Below are positions 27,082 to 37,295 of a stretch of DNA of 64,000 nucleotides, one piece after another. The notes under the pieces were generated by a model. It searched no databases and was not told the origin of the DNA. It saw nothing but the letters and a program-made list of their open reading frames with translations. Location: contig CAYGNG010000003.1 of NCBI GenBank assembly GCA_964351225.1, positions 20,478 through 84,477 of the forward strand, given 5' to 3'. Within the stretch, counting starts at the first letter, position 1; each line of letters begins with the position of its first letter. Source of the stretch: an uncultured Gammaproteobacteria bacterium (lineage in GTDB: Bacteria; Pseudomonadota; Gammaproteobacteria; CAYGNG01). Position numbers and translations under genes: made by a program.

Positions 27082-29931
27082 ATGTCTGAAACATCTATCG
27101 CGAAAACAACGCCTGCCACGGAAACGGCATCCGTTGTCACCAACGATCGGACTGTACAAGTCAAAATAACCACGCCCGGTCAACTCAAAGTCATTCGGCG
27201 TAATGGCAAAGTCACCGCTTACGATGAAAGCAAAATCACCGTTGCTATCACCAAAGCCTTTCTTGCCGTTGAAGGCGGGCAAGCTGCGGCTTCCAATCGC
27301 ATTCACGAAACCATTACCACCATTGCCAAACACATCAGTGGGGTATTTGAACGGCGCTTACCCAATTACGACACCATCCACATTGAAGATATCCAAGATC
27401 ATGTCGAGCTTGAATTGATGCGCAATGGTCATCAAAAAGTTGCCCGAGCCTATGTCCTCTATCGGGAAGAACGCCGCCGCTTACGTGAACAAAATCAGCA
27501 TTCCCAACCCCTAAACCATGATCAACCCTTGCTGCATGTGTCGCTAAACAATGGCAGCAAAGTACCATTGGATATGGAGCGCTTAGCAACCATCCTGAAT
27601 GAAGCCTGTGACGAATTAAATGCGGTGAATCCCCAGTTAATCCTCAAAGAAACCCTACGCAACCTCTACGATGGTGTGCCGTATCAAGATGTTGGCAAAG
27701 CTTTGATTATGTCCGCGCGCACCCTCATTGAGAAAGAACCCAACTATTCTCACGTTGCCGCTCGTTTGTTATTGGACCAATTACGCAGTGAAGCATTGAA
27801 TTTCTTAGGCATCAGCCACCAAGCCACCGCCTGCGACATGAAATCTTTATACGCCCAAGCCTTTCCCTTATATATTCAACGCGGCATTGAGTTGGGTCGA
27901 CTCGATCCGCGGATGGCTGAATTTGATTTAAGTCGCTTAGCTGCTTCGTTAGATGCCAGCCGCGATGCCCAATTTACTTATCTAGGGTTGCAAACTTTAT
28001 ACGATCGTTATTTCATCCATGAACAACACATTCGTTACGAGTTGCCGCAGGTTTTTTTCATGCGGGTTGCCATGGGCTTAAGCCTACTTGAAACTAACCG
28101 CGAACAGCGCGCTATCGAATTTTATATGTTGCTCTCCTCTTTCGATTTCATGAGTTCAACACCGACCCTTTTTAACTCAGGCACCACGCGCCCTCAATTA
28201 TCCAGTTGCTACTTAACCACGGTGCCCGACGATTTGGATGGGATCTTCTCCGCGATAAAAGATAATGCCCTCCTATCCAAATTCGCCGGAGGCCTTGGTA
28301 ATGATTGGACGCCAGTTCGCGCCATCGGTACCCATATCGCCGGAACCAACGGTAAATCCTTAGGCGTCGTTCCTTTCCTAAATGTCGCCGATGCGACTGC
28401 GGTTGCGGTCAATCAGGGCGGTAAACGCAAAGGTGCCGTGTGCGCTTATCTTGAAACTTGGCATTTAGACATCGAAGAATTTTTAGAATTACGCAAAAAT
28501 ACCGGTGATGAACGACGCCGTACCCATGATATGAATACCGCGAACTGGGTGCCTGATTTATTCATCAAACGCGTCATCGCTAAAGAAGAGTGGACGCTAT
28601 TTTCGCCAGATGAAACGCCTGATCTGCATGATAAATTTGGCTTAGACTTTGAAACCACTTACACCCATTATGAAAACCAAGCTGCCAACGGCTTAATCAA
28701 ATGCTACAAGCGCATTCCCGCCATCAATCTTTGGCGAAAAATGTTGACGATGCTTTATGAAACCGGACATCCCTGGATCACTTTTAAAGATCCTTGTAAT
28801 CTGCGATCACCACAACAGCACGTCGGGGTGGTCCACAGCTCCAATTTATGCACTGAAATCACATTGAATACCGCTACCGACGAAATTGCGGTGTGTAATC
28901 TGGGTAGCGTCAATCTCGCTCAACACATCACGGGTGATGGCATTAATAAAGAAAAACTACAAAAAACCATCCATACCGCTATCCGTATGCTGGATAACGT
29001 GATTGATATTAACTATTATTCGGTACCACAAGCCCAAAATTCTAATTTAAAACATCGCCCGATCGGTCTGGGATTGATGGGATTTCAAGATACTTTGTAC
29101 CAACTTAATATCGACTATTGCTCAACGGCGGCCGTTGAGTTTGCTGATCGCTCTATGGAATTAATCAGTTACTATGCCATTGAAGCCTCCAATCTCTTGG
29201 CCAGAGAGCGTGGCAGTTACGCCACTTATTCGGGTTCACTGTGGAGCCGCGGCATTTTACCTATCGATTCGATTGATATTCTGGCTCATGCCCGAGGCAA
29301 GCTACTCGAACAAGATCGGTCTAAAACATTAGACTGGGGCAGTTTGCGTTCCAAAGTACAAAAAGAGGGTATGCGCAATTCTAATGTCCTCGCGATAGCC
29401 CCCACGGCAACCATTGCAAATATTTGTGGTGTCACCGCGTCCATCGAACCGACCTACCAAAATCTATTTGTCAAATCAAACCTGTCTGGTGAATTCACTA
29501 TCGTCAATCCTTACTTAGTTCAAGCGCTGAAGCAGCAAAACCTGTGGGATGAGGTAATGGTCAACGACTTGAAATATTATGACGGCAGTGTCGCTAAAAT
29601 TGACCGGATCCCAGAAAACATTAAATCTCGTTTCGCAACGGTTTTTGAAATTGAGCCGGCGTGGTTGATTGAAGCCGCTTCCCGCCGACAAAAATGGATA
29701 GACCAAGCCCAGTCACTTAACTTATACGTTAAAGATCCCTCCGGGAAAAAACTGGATGAAATCTACAAACTCGCGTGGATCCGAGGATTAAAAACCACTT
29801 ATTATTTACGCTCAACCGCTGCCAGCAGCGCTGAAAAATCAACAATCACCGATGGTGCCCTAAATTCAGTAGCCGCAAGCTCTGCCGCTGTCTGTAGCAT
29901 CGAGGATCCCGATTGTGAAGCCTGTCAATAA
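27082..29931 (+). CDS. nrdA: Class Ia ribonucleotide reductase alpha, two N-terminal ATP-cone-like domains
   Basis: STPTLFNSG, LSSCYL, SNLCTEI, AVCNLGS, KTTYYLR, C-terminal CxxC. Confidence 0.97.
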   Translation: MSETSIAKTTPATETASVVTNDRTVQVKITTPGQLKVIRRNGKVTAYDESKITVAITKAFLAVEGGQAAASNRIHETITTIAKHISGVFERRLPNYDTIHIEDIQDHVELELMRNGHQKVARAYVLYREERRRLREQNQHSQPLNHDQPLLHVSLNNGSKVPLDMERLATILNEACDELNAVNPQLILKETLRNLYDGVPYQDVGKALIMSARTLIEKEPNYSHVAARLLLDQLRSEALNFLGISHQATACDMKSLYAQAFPLYIQRGIELGRLDPRMAEFDLSRLAASLDASRDAQFTYLGLQTLYDRYFIHEQHIRYELPQVFFMRVAMGLSLLETNREQRAIEFYMLLSSFDFMSSTPTLFNSGTTRPQLSSCYLTTVPDDLDGIFSAIKDNALLSKFAGGLGNDWTPVRAIGTHIAGTNGKSLGVVPFLNVADATAVAVNQGGKRKGAVCAYLETWHLDIEEFLELRKNTGDERRRTHDMNTANWVPDLFIKRVIAKEEWTLFSPDETPDLHDKFGLDFETTYTHYENQAANGLIKCYKRIPAINLWRKMLTMLYETGHPWITFKDPCNLRSPQQHVGVVHSSNLCTEITLNTATDEIAVCNLGSVNLAQHITGDGINKEKLQKTIHTAIRMLDNVIDINYYSVPQAQNSNLKHRPIGLGLMGFQDTLYQLNIDYCSTAAVEFADRSMELISYYAIEASNLLARERGSYATYSGSLWSRGILPIDSIDILAHARGKLLEQDRSKTLDWGSLRSKVQKEGMRNSNVLAIAPTATIANICGVTASIEPTYQNLFVKSNLSGEFTIVNPYLVQALKQQNLWDEVMVNDLKYYDGSVAKIDRIPENIKSRFATVFEIEPAWLIEAASRRQKWIDQAQSLNLYVKDPSGKKLDEIYKLAWIRGLKTTYYLRSTAASSAEKSTITDGALNSVAASSAAVCSIEDPDCEACQ

Positions 29932-29961
29932 CGCAACAATATAGCCAACGGAGACTCACTG

Positions 29962-31080
29962 ATGGAAGAAATCGTATTTGAAGCAGTAAAAACAGTAAGA
30001 CGTGCCGATCAACACAATATCGGCGTCACCGGCCTAGAAGAATTGGAAATGGGTGCAGCTCGGATCAGACGAGAAGATAAACGAATTATTAATTGTCCGC
30101 TTGATGTCAATCAGTTGGTACCCTTCAAATACACCTGGGCCTGGGAAAAATATCTGGCAGCCTGCTCCAACCATTGGATGCCCAATGAAATTAATATGTC
30201 CGCCGACATTGCTTTGTGGAAAAATCCCACGGGATTAACCGATGATGAACGAATGATCATTGAGCGCAATCTCGGTTTTTTTGCGACAGCGGACTCTCTG
30301 GTTGCCAATAATTTGGTTTTAGCTATTTATCGACATATCACCAACCCGGAATGTCGGCAATATTTATTGCGCCAAGCGTTCGAAGAAGCGTTACATACCC
30401 ACTCCTATCAACACATCATCGAATCGCTGGGCTTAGAAGAAGGCCGTGTATTTAATATGTATCGGGAGCTGCCTGCAGTCGCCAGAAAAGCGCAGTGGGC
30501 AGTAAAATATTCTCGCAGCTTAAGCGATCCCACTTTTCAAACCGGCACGCCAGAGGCGGATCAACGATTACTTCGCGATTTAATTGCATTCTATGTCGTC
30601 TTTGAGGGTATATTCTTTTATGTTGGTTTTACTCAAGTGCTCTCTATGGGACGACGCAACAAAATGACAGGGACTTCTGAGCAATTCCAATATATTTTGC
30701 GTGATGAATCGATGCATTTGAATTTTGGAATTGATGTGATCAATCAAATTAAATTGGAAAATCCCCATCTGTGGACCGAGTCCTTCCAGAAAGAGGTCCT
30801 TGAAATTATTCGTTCTGGGGTCGATCTTGAATATCAATACGCGGTGGATACCATGCCACGTGGGGTTTTAGGCATGAACGCTGGCATGTTTAAAGATTAT
30901 TTACAATATATCGCCAACCGTCGTTGCGCTCAGATTGGCCTTGCTGAGCAGTATCCTGGCGCAACCAACCCATTCCCGTGGATGAGCGAAATGATGGATC
31001 TGAAAAAAGAAAAGAATTTCTTTGAAACACGCGTTATTGAATATCAAAGCGGTGGTAGCTTAGATTGGGACGAAGATTAA
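29962..31080 (+). CDS. nrdB: Class Ia ribonucleotide reductase beta
   Basis: [15 protein letters not shown] (radical Tyr present), EGIFFY, RDESMH, NFFETRV. Confidence 0.97.
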   Translation: MEEIVFEAVKTVRRADQHNIGVTGLEELEMGAARIRREDKRIINCPLDVNQLVPFKYTWAWEKYLAACSNHWMPNEINMSADIALWKNPTGLTDDERMIIERNLGFFATADSLVANNLVLAIYRHITNPECRQYLLRQAFEEALHTHSYQHIIESLGLEEGRVFNMYRELPAVARKAQWAVKYSRSLSDPTFQTGTPEADQRLLRDLIAFYVVFEGIFFYVGFTQVLSMGRRNKMTGTSEQFQYILRDESMHLNFGIDVINQIKLENPHLWTESFQKEVLEIIRSGVDLEYQYAVDTMPRGVLGMNAGMFKDYLQYIANRRCAQIGLAEQYPGATNPFPWMSEMMDLKKEKNFFETRVIEYQSGGSLDWDED

Positions 31081-31083
31081 TTG

Positions 31084-31200
31084 GTAACTATTCAGCAATT
31101 TGTGACGCCAGGCCAGGCAAAACCTTGCCCGGCGTGCTTACGGAATCGGTTGCTTTTGTTATACTTTCGATGTTTCTGCCAGTTTTGGGTGAATAGTTAC
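31084..31200. repeat. Palindromic element, family C
   Basis: 11-bp inverted ends gtaactattca / tgaatagttac; internal hairpin related to the reverse complement of 33183-33210. Confidence 0.6.
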
Positions 31201-31422
31201 ATTAGTTGTAACCAACTGAATAAGGATTTTCACTATGCACGTATCGAGCAAAAAATTAATAACCCCATTTTTCTTTATAACCATTTTATTAGTTTGTGTG
31301 TTGGTAACCATTGGATGGCTTACGCCCCATAAAACTTACGCGGCACCAGAAAATTCAGCACGGCTCAAACAGTTATTTTTTGAAAATAACGGTCTTCTGC
31401 CTTAAATGATAGGAAGCATCGG

Positions 31423-31908
31423 GTGACTGATCCAGAAATTAACGACCCTGACAACAAACGCACACTGATCATGTCTGAAGTCATGGTACCGGCTATGGCA
31501 AATTTCCGTGGTAATGTTCATGGTGGTAATATTTTAAGTCTGCTCGATAAAGTCGCCTATGCTTGTGCGGCTCGCTACTCCGGATTAACCATTGTTACCC
31601 TATCGGTTGATCAGGTCTTTTTTACCGAGCCCATTCATGTCGGGGAGCTTGTTACTTGCTTGGCTTGCGTAAATTATGTCGGCAAAACTTCTCTCGAAGT
31701 GGGCATAAAAGTCGTCGCTGAAAACTTGCAGTCCGGGAACAAACGACATACCAACTCCTGTTATTTTACCATGGTGGCTATCGACGACAAGATCGGCCGG
31801 CCCGTGGCATTACCACCATTTACCCCAATCACCGAAAAAGAGAAACAGCGCGCGCGGCGCGCCCAGGAACGCAAGGCCTGGCGTATCAATAACTTCAAGA
31901 ACAGTTAG
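31423..31908 (+). CDS. Hotdog-fold acyl-CoA thioesterase
   Basis: ANFRGNVHGG, LDKVAYACA, GKTSLEVGI, FTMVAID. Confidence 0.92.
   Translation: MTDPEINDPDNKRTLIMSEVMVPAMANFRGNVHGGNILSLLDKVAYACAARYSGLTIVTLSVDQVFFTEPIHVGELVTCLACVNYVGKTSLEVGIKVVAENLQSGNKRHTNSCYFTMVAIDDKIGRPVALPPFTPITEKEKQRARRAQERKAWRINNFKNS
31788..31891 (+). repeat. 104-bp direct repeat, copy 1 (thioesterase 3' end)
   Basis: Matches 32875-32978 with 3 mismatches by my alignment. Confidence 0.92.
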
Positions 31909-32046
31909 AACCGGTTTACCATTGGGCGGCATCAATTAGTAAAATTAACCACACAAGATCCTAAACAGATAGCTAACAGCGGCGGATTCAAATTTGTATG
32001 GATATTAGGGCCTGTGCACATTTATAAACTTGACAACCTTATAGGG

Positions 32047-32445
32047 TCATTCATCACGAAAATGTTTGATATCATTAGGATGTCGTTCAAACATTTTGAG
32101 TAAATTAATAATTGCTAACATGGGCTTGGCTTCGCCACGCTCGTAACGACCAAATGCATTGGGACCACCACCAAATATTTTACCTGCTTCTTTTTGTGAA
32201 AGGCCTAAAACATTTTTCCTGATATATCGAATATCTTCTGGGCTAAGCACTTTATCAATCTTATCTTTAAATTCCTCAAATGCTTTTTCAGTTTTTTCAA
32301 TATCAGCGCCTGACAGAATGCCTTCGTCGCATTGGTCACACCACATACCGGGCTGATCCAATTCAATGGATTTATCTTTATAGGTGTATGTTTGTTTCCT
32401 CGATGTCTTATTCAAGTTGCCTTTACCACACGCTACACATTTCAT
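32047..32445 (-). CDS. mqsA: MqsA antitoxin (Zn finger plus HTH)
   Basis: CVACG...CDQC; LSQKEAGKIFGGGPNAFGRYERGE. Confidence 0.92.
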   Translation of the reverse strand: MKCVACGKGNLNKTSRKQTYTYKDKSIELDQPGMWCDQCDEGILSGADIEKTEKAFEEFKDKIDKVLSPEDIRYIRKNVLGLSQKEAGKIFGGGPNAFGRYERGEAKPMLAIINLLKMFERHPNDIKHFRDE

Positions 32446-32447
32446 GG

Positions 32448-32750
32448 CTATTTCTCCTTAAATGAAATAACAAAATGACCCTCTTCGTCCATTTGAAATT
32501 TTATATAAATCAAAAACCCATTAAATTCCGTGTTATAAACATCCTGCCAAACGCGGTGGTCTGTATAGGTTGTCATCGATTTAACAAAATCGTTTTTATT
32601 AATTTGGGCAATCGCATCAACGATATCTTGCCTACCAAACCCTAACTCTCGGGCACCTTTTAAGGCGCTAGCAGTAACTCTTAGGTGCTTTGGATCAGAA
32701 AAGCATGACTTGATCTCATCCAGATCGTAAGTCCTTGTGCTTTTTTCCAT
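32448..32750 (-). CDS. mqsR: MqsR mRNA interferase toxin
   Basis: MEKSTRTYDL, KSMTTYTDHRVWQDVY, ISFKEK. Confidence 0.93.
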   Translation of the reverse strand: MEKSTRTYDLDEIKSCFSDPKHLRVTASALKGARELGFGRQDIVDAIAQINKNDFVKSMTTYTDHRVWQDVYNTEFNGFLIYIKFQMDEEGHFVISFKEK

Positions 32751-32761
32751 TCCGTTTACTG

Positions 32762-32805
32762 CCTTTAAAGGTGCTTTTTATTCTTAAATTATATACCTTA
32801 AAGGT
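32762..32805. promoter_or_regulatory. MqsA operator palindromes
   Basis: ACCT-taa-AGGT at 32795-32805 (E. coli consensus ACCT-N3-AGGT) and CCTTTAAAGG at 32762-32771. Confidence 0.65.
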
Positions 32806-32874
32806 GTATTTTAGCAAGTTGGGATTATTCTTTATTATAACCGACTGATTTATCAAAAACTATTTTTGATGTGC

Positions 32875-32978
32875 CAAGATCGGTTGGCCCGTGGCATTAC
32901 CACCATTTACCCCAATCACCGAAAAAGAGAAACAGCGCGCGCGGCGCGCCCGGGAACGCAAGGCCTGGCGTATCAATA
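32875..32978 (+). repeat. 104-bp direct repeat, copy 2 (orphan thioesterase 3' fragment)
   Basis: Duplicate of 31788-31891. Confidence 0.92.
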
Positions 32979-33064
32979 GCTGCAAAAATAATTAATTAGT
33001 AACAATCAAGGTAACCATTCACCCAAACCGTGCAGAGACATCGAAAGTAGAAAGTAAAAGTATA

Positions 33065-33110
33065 GGGTCTGTTGACAATTGCTTTTTCGGCTGCAAATGT
33101 CAACAGGCCC
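33065..33110. mobile_element. Mini family-A element with TA target duplication
   Basis: aaagta-TA-[46 bp]-TA-ataaaacc versus empty site aaagta-TA-ataaaacc near 39207-39222. Confidence 0.85.
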
Positions 33111-33301
33111 TAATAAAACCAATTCCTTCCGCGATGGGGAATTCTTAAGGGGGAGAAGGCAATTCTCCCCCTTAAGCGCCGTGGGAAGGCTTTTCCTTGC
33201 CCGGCGTCAAAACCAAAGTAACTATTGCGATTTTTCGCTGAATAGTTACAAAATCAACTTGATGGCAACAAACGACCACTGTTAATTTTTTGCTAATTAT
33301 T
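33111..33301 (+). repeat. 191-bp structured leader R1, copy 1
   Basis: 3 mismatches versus 39213-39403; perfect 13-bp stem 33144-33176. Confidence 0.92.
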
Positions 33302-33336
33302 CTTCGATATAATGACCAACACGGGGCTAAGTTTAT

Positions 33337-34341
33337 ATGCCGCGATGGTTCATGTTAACTAATAATCAAGGAAATGCCCTCATGCCCGAAACTATTGCTA
33401 AAAAATCCGGTTATATATTACTCCATGACCCTCAGACAAAGACTGTTTCACTGGCACAAGAAGCCAAGCCAGATGTTGCATTGGTAACTGCAAAATTCGT
33501 TTATGATAATTCAGACGGTGCAGCAGTATTAAGTGATTTCAATTATCTATCAGATATGAAAGGCCTCGTCAAAATAACCGCCGATATGATCAGCGATTTT
33601 CTCTCTGGCAACCGAGATAGATGCAAATTATTTTGTTATGCTGGAAACCACCAAGCTGAATTTAAAGAAAGCGATGATTATCGTTCGAGAAATATCGAGA
33701 GACTGATGCTGCGTGAAACCCCCATTCATGCTAATGAATCCGATATCAAACTCCGAAACCAAGTAAAAATTCTCAAGCTCGATGCAAAAACGGTCACAGC
33801 GAATACCATCAGCCAAATGACGGTACTTCTAAAAAATAATGCATACTGGGCTAGTGATGTGGATGAAAAATACACCGAATACGCCGTGCGCAACTCAGAA
33901 TGCATGCTAGCGATAGATAGGCAAGAGAATATTGTAGGTTTTGTTCGATTTATATCAAATAATGATGTTGCTTATCTTTCAGATATGGTGGTTGACTCAC
34001 GGTGGCGCAAACAACAAATAGGAACTGCGCTAATGCAGCAAACCTGCCGAATCATTGATAGTCGAAATCACCGTTTTTCAGCCTTAATTAGCGCAAAAGA
34101 AGGAGATGGCCAAGCTGCAGCACCCAAATTATATGGATCTAAATTTGGATTCAAAGATTATAATCACAGCCATGAACAGAATGTTTATTTTAGGTATATT
34201 CGGATAACTCCTGAAAAGGAAATGCAATATGCAGAAAACTCTAACGCACTTTTTAAAAGTAAACGTAAAGGCCCAGATTTGGAAAAGTCGTCAGAGAGTA
34301 CAAAAAAACCAGACAATAATCCAGAAAGTACTGCGCCCTAA
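33337..34341 (+). CDS. GNAT acetyltransferase with N-terminal extension and charged tail
   Basis: YLSDMVVDSRWRKQQIGTALM acetyl-CoA motif, LYGSKFGF. Confidence 0.85.
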   Translation: MPRWFMLTNNQGNALMPETIAKKSGYILLHDPQTKTVSLAQEAKPDVALVTAKFVYDNSDGAAVLSDFNYLSDMKGLVKITADMISDFLSGNRDRCKLFCYAGNHQAEFKESDDYRSRNIERLMLRETPIHANESDIKLRNQVKILKLDAKTVTANTISQMTVLLKNNAYWASDVDEKYTEYAVRNSECMLAIDRQENIVGFVRFISNNDVAYLSDMVVDSRWRKQQIGTALMQQTCRIIDSRNHRFSALISAKEGDGQAAAPKLYGSKFGFKDYNHSHEQNVYFRYIRITPEKEMQYAENSNALFKSKRKGPDLEKSSESTKKPDNNPESTAP

Positions 34342-34406
34342 CTAACGCCGCTTACTCGGCCCAATCATTTCTGCATAATCTCCAAGATCCATGACGGTTT
34401 GCTTTT
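34332..34406 (+). repeat. 75-bp direct repeat, copy 1 (orphan 3' end of the 42317-44449 gene)
   Basis: Identical to 42307-42381 by my alignment. Confidence 0.92.
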
Positions 34407-35952
34407 ATTACATTCTTTATGGTACGGCTCAACACTAACTGAAAATGATGTGATTAGAGCAACCCGAAGAATTGTTGAAATCGCTGAAATTTACTCCCGA
34501 GATAATATCGACTATTTAATTTTAGATGGCGTCTTCTGCCTGGAAGTTGAACAAAATATACTATCAAGTTTTGCTTTTCGCTTTGAACAATTATACTTTT
34601 ATTTGCTACAGGCTAAAGAGCTGGAATTAATTAAAAGAAATTCATCTCGAAGCGAATCTGACTATATTTGTGAAGAGCGAATACGATATCTTGCTATGGA
34701 AATTAATAACAATCACTCTGTCCTCTCTAATGAAGCCACAATTAACACCGACACTTTCACTAAGGAATATTGGATATCTCACATTACTTCACAGATATGT
34801 CACGGCAATGAAAAGCCCAGGGGGTAATTTTTCCAGGGGGATTTATGGCGATGCGCAACGTTATTAAGAGATTCCAGTGAAAATTTTATTGACGTCGGCA
34901 AGTTTCTTCTTAGAAAACGCGCCCAAGGACGCTACCGCTTCGATGCTGCTTTTTCTTTAGAATTAGATTTCAATGATCTGATCGAAACACTTAGACCGCA
35001 TTTGAGTGAAGAGAGCACCGCTATCGAATTTCGCCATATCAATCAAGAACAAATTTCCCTGGTCGATAAAACGGATAATTGTGTTAAAATTAAATTACTC
35101 GATGAATGGCAATCGCCTCAGTTAACGATACCTCGATTAGTCACACTTTACGATTATTTCGAACAATTGCCAAAACGCCTAAAAAGAAGCTTAAAAAGCA
35201 GTAAAACTAAAAATCTCCATATCATAAGCAATCTATCTGGCGTGCAATCTTTTAAATTGTGGAACGATATTAGAAAAATCGAGCAAGAAAGTTGGAAATC
35301 CAAAGAACAAGATGAAAAATCATTAATGCATCTGTTAAAGGTAGCACCCCACAATACGATTAAGTTTGTGGTGATCGCTTTTCCTTTTGGCTACATCGAC
35401 AATGCCCGTATGACACTGATCCAAAAACTACATCGCGCTCCAAATACTGTTACCTTTATTGATTTTGCACAATCATATGGCACTTTTCCGATTATTAATT
35501 TTTTATTCTATTGTGATCACGTTTATATATCCTTTAACGGTAATAAACTTATTAATCATGGTGGTGCTTTAGCTGTATCAACTGACAGCAGCACCATGCC
35601 GGTTGTTAGTAACGAATACGTAGTACTAAGTGATAAGATCATTATGGCCTATCAAGCACAAGAGCGTGATTATCTCAACACGTTAAACCATATTGGAAAA
35701 ATAATTTTAGACTCTGGTAGTAGCGTAAAAGCAGTATTAGGGAAATTTATTTTTTGTCACCGATCTAATTTTCATAGAACTGTACTCTGCCACCCAGACC
35801 AAACACTTTTTGATGCCTTATCTAAAGCAGGATTCGGCCAGTCATTACTGTCTTCGCCCCAAGGATCCCAATTAACAGTTAGTAGTAATTATTTAGAATG
35901 GGTGGAAAAAATTTTTTTATTATTCCCTAAAAGAAGAGACGACCATGACTAA
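34399..35952 (+). pseudogene. Interrupted gene with C-terminal DegT/DnrJ-like PLP aminotransferase domain
   Basis: ORFs 34399-34827 and 35002-35952 share a frame with one TAA (34825-34827) between them; IDFAQSYG and SFNGNKLI motifs; no credible start. Confidence 0.65.
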
Positions 35953-36748
35953 AAAAAAACGATTGCTATTTATTGGCTGTGGCTCGTTCGGTGAAAAAGG
36001 ACTATTAGGTTTATTAAATGCTAAATTTGCCAACCCTGTTGAGATTGTTGGTGTGCTTACCCACACTTTTAATGGCCATATCAATCCAGTCAGTCAATTA
36101 GCAAAGACCCTAAAGATAGCCGTTTTAAATTTATCTCCAGGTGAAGCCATCGATGCCGAAGTACTGCACCAAGATCCTTTAGTAATCACTATCCACAAAA
36201 TCGACAATCACTTCGATACGGGTGATGTTATTAAAAAATCACAGCCTATACCAATTGCTGGGATGCCATTTGATCTGGTGTATAACCTGGCAGCGCATAT
36301 TGCTACCCCATTGATGATTGAAGTTATCGACGAAAGTTTACGCGGCACCAGCAGTCAGCACGTGCAGGATGGATAATTGGCAAGTTATTTTTCCTATAAA
36401 GATTTGGAAAAATGGTATCATATCGACTGGAAAAAATCTGTTGTGGATATTAATAATATTTTCTTAGCACGTGGCGAAAAAAAAGGTCTAAAAATTGAAA
36501 TCACAAATGATGGTTATGAAAAATTTTCCATATATGTTTTTAAAACTGCTTTTATAAAAGAAGATATTCGTCATCCTTCTGTCGTTTTAAAAAGAGACAA
36601 CGCAGATGAATATCCATATATCACATGCATAGATGGTAGACTACTTATTCAAAGATACCACGTCTCATCCCAGAGTGAGAAATTCGAAAATTTATTATCT
36701 GCAAGCAAACAGTTTATGATTGAGGGGGACATGACATGTGTTGTTTAG
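35945..36748 (+). pseudogene. Formyltransferase (Fmt/ArnA-like) pseudogene
   Basis: LFIG, VGVLTH, TIHKID..FDTGDVI, QD.*.ASYFS, IDW; in-frame TAA at 36374-36376; N-x-H-P-S-L-L-P segment absent. Confidence 0.75.
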
Positions 36749-36779
36749 CTCGATTTTTTTCATCTTGTAGGGGAAAAAA

Positions 36780-37295
36780 ATGACACACTCCAACTGGCGT
36801 ATAGTTCAAGTAAATCCGGCAGACTCTATACGAATGGGAAAATTCGTATCCATGAGTGTTGACTATATACGACAACACTGGCCTCGTGCTTTTGGAAATA
36901 AAAATACCGCCCAAGCCAGACATGACTATCACTTGGAGTTGCTCGATAGAATTAAAGAAGGCCCTCGTGGCTTATTTCTGATTGACTCGACTACACAACG
37001 GAATTTTGCGGAACCGGTTGCATTAGCCCATGCTTATGTTTCCGATGATACATTGTATATCGCCGAATTTTATGTCTCAGAGCGATATCGTCGCCAAGGT
37101 CTAGCAAGAATGATGCTAAATCATATTAAAAATTGGAGTTTGCAATATGATGTTCAAACCATCCAGATAGAAGTAGATAAAGAGTTACCACTTGCCAACC
37201 ACTTCTGGGGTTCATTTAATTTTCAGTTAGACTCTACGGGCGAACGTAATATTTATTCCAAAAATCTCAGATCTGAGATACAAAAAAAATTATGA
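36780..37295 (+). CDS. GNAT acetyltransferase
   Basis: IAEFYVSERYRRQGLARMML, ANHFW. Confidence 0.85.
   Translation: MTHSNWRIVQVNPADSIRMGKFVSMSVDYIRQHWPRAFGNKNTAQARHDYHLELLDRIKEGPRGLFLIDSTTQRNFAEPVALAHAYVSDDTLYIAEFYVSERYRRQGLARMMLNHIKNWSLQYDVQTIQIEVDKELPLANHFWGSFNFQLDSTGERNIYSKNLRSEIQKKL

Noticed and set aside
29962-31080. NrdB as a Chlamydia-type class Ic (Mn/Fe) enzyme
   Set aside because: Radical Tyr (HSY) and first-ligand Asp (TAD) are retained, so class Ia
32008-32048. Further family-A-like ends (gggcctgtgcacattt; also gggccctgtataaatgtg near 57614)
   Set aside because: Short, divergent and unpaired; cannot be separated from chance
471-33110. CRISPR array from the 46-bp repeats
   Set aside because: Copies are dispersed by kilobases, no regular spacers, no cas genes
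33079-33285. Near-identical small ORFs (also 39139-39387) as leader peptides
   Set aside because: Similarity comes from the R1 DNA repeat; different starts, one inside a MITE
34332-34350. Integron attC site (ccctaac at gene ends)
   Set aside because: No matching GTTRRRY core or attC hairpin downstream, no intI; the sequence is the 3' coding end of the transferase gene
34825-36376. TAA recoding or programmed readthrough at two in-frame stops
   Set aside because: TAA is a normal stop elsewhere in the window and neighbouring genes carry deletions; decay is simpler
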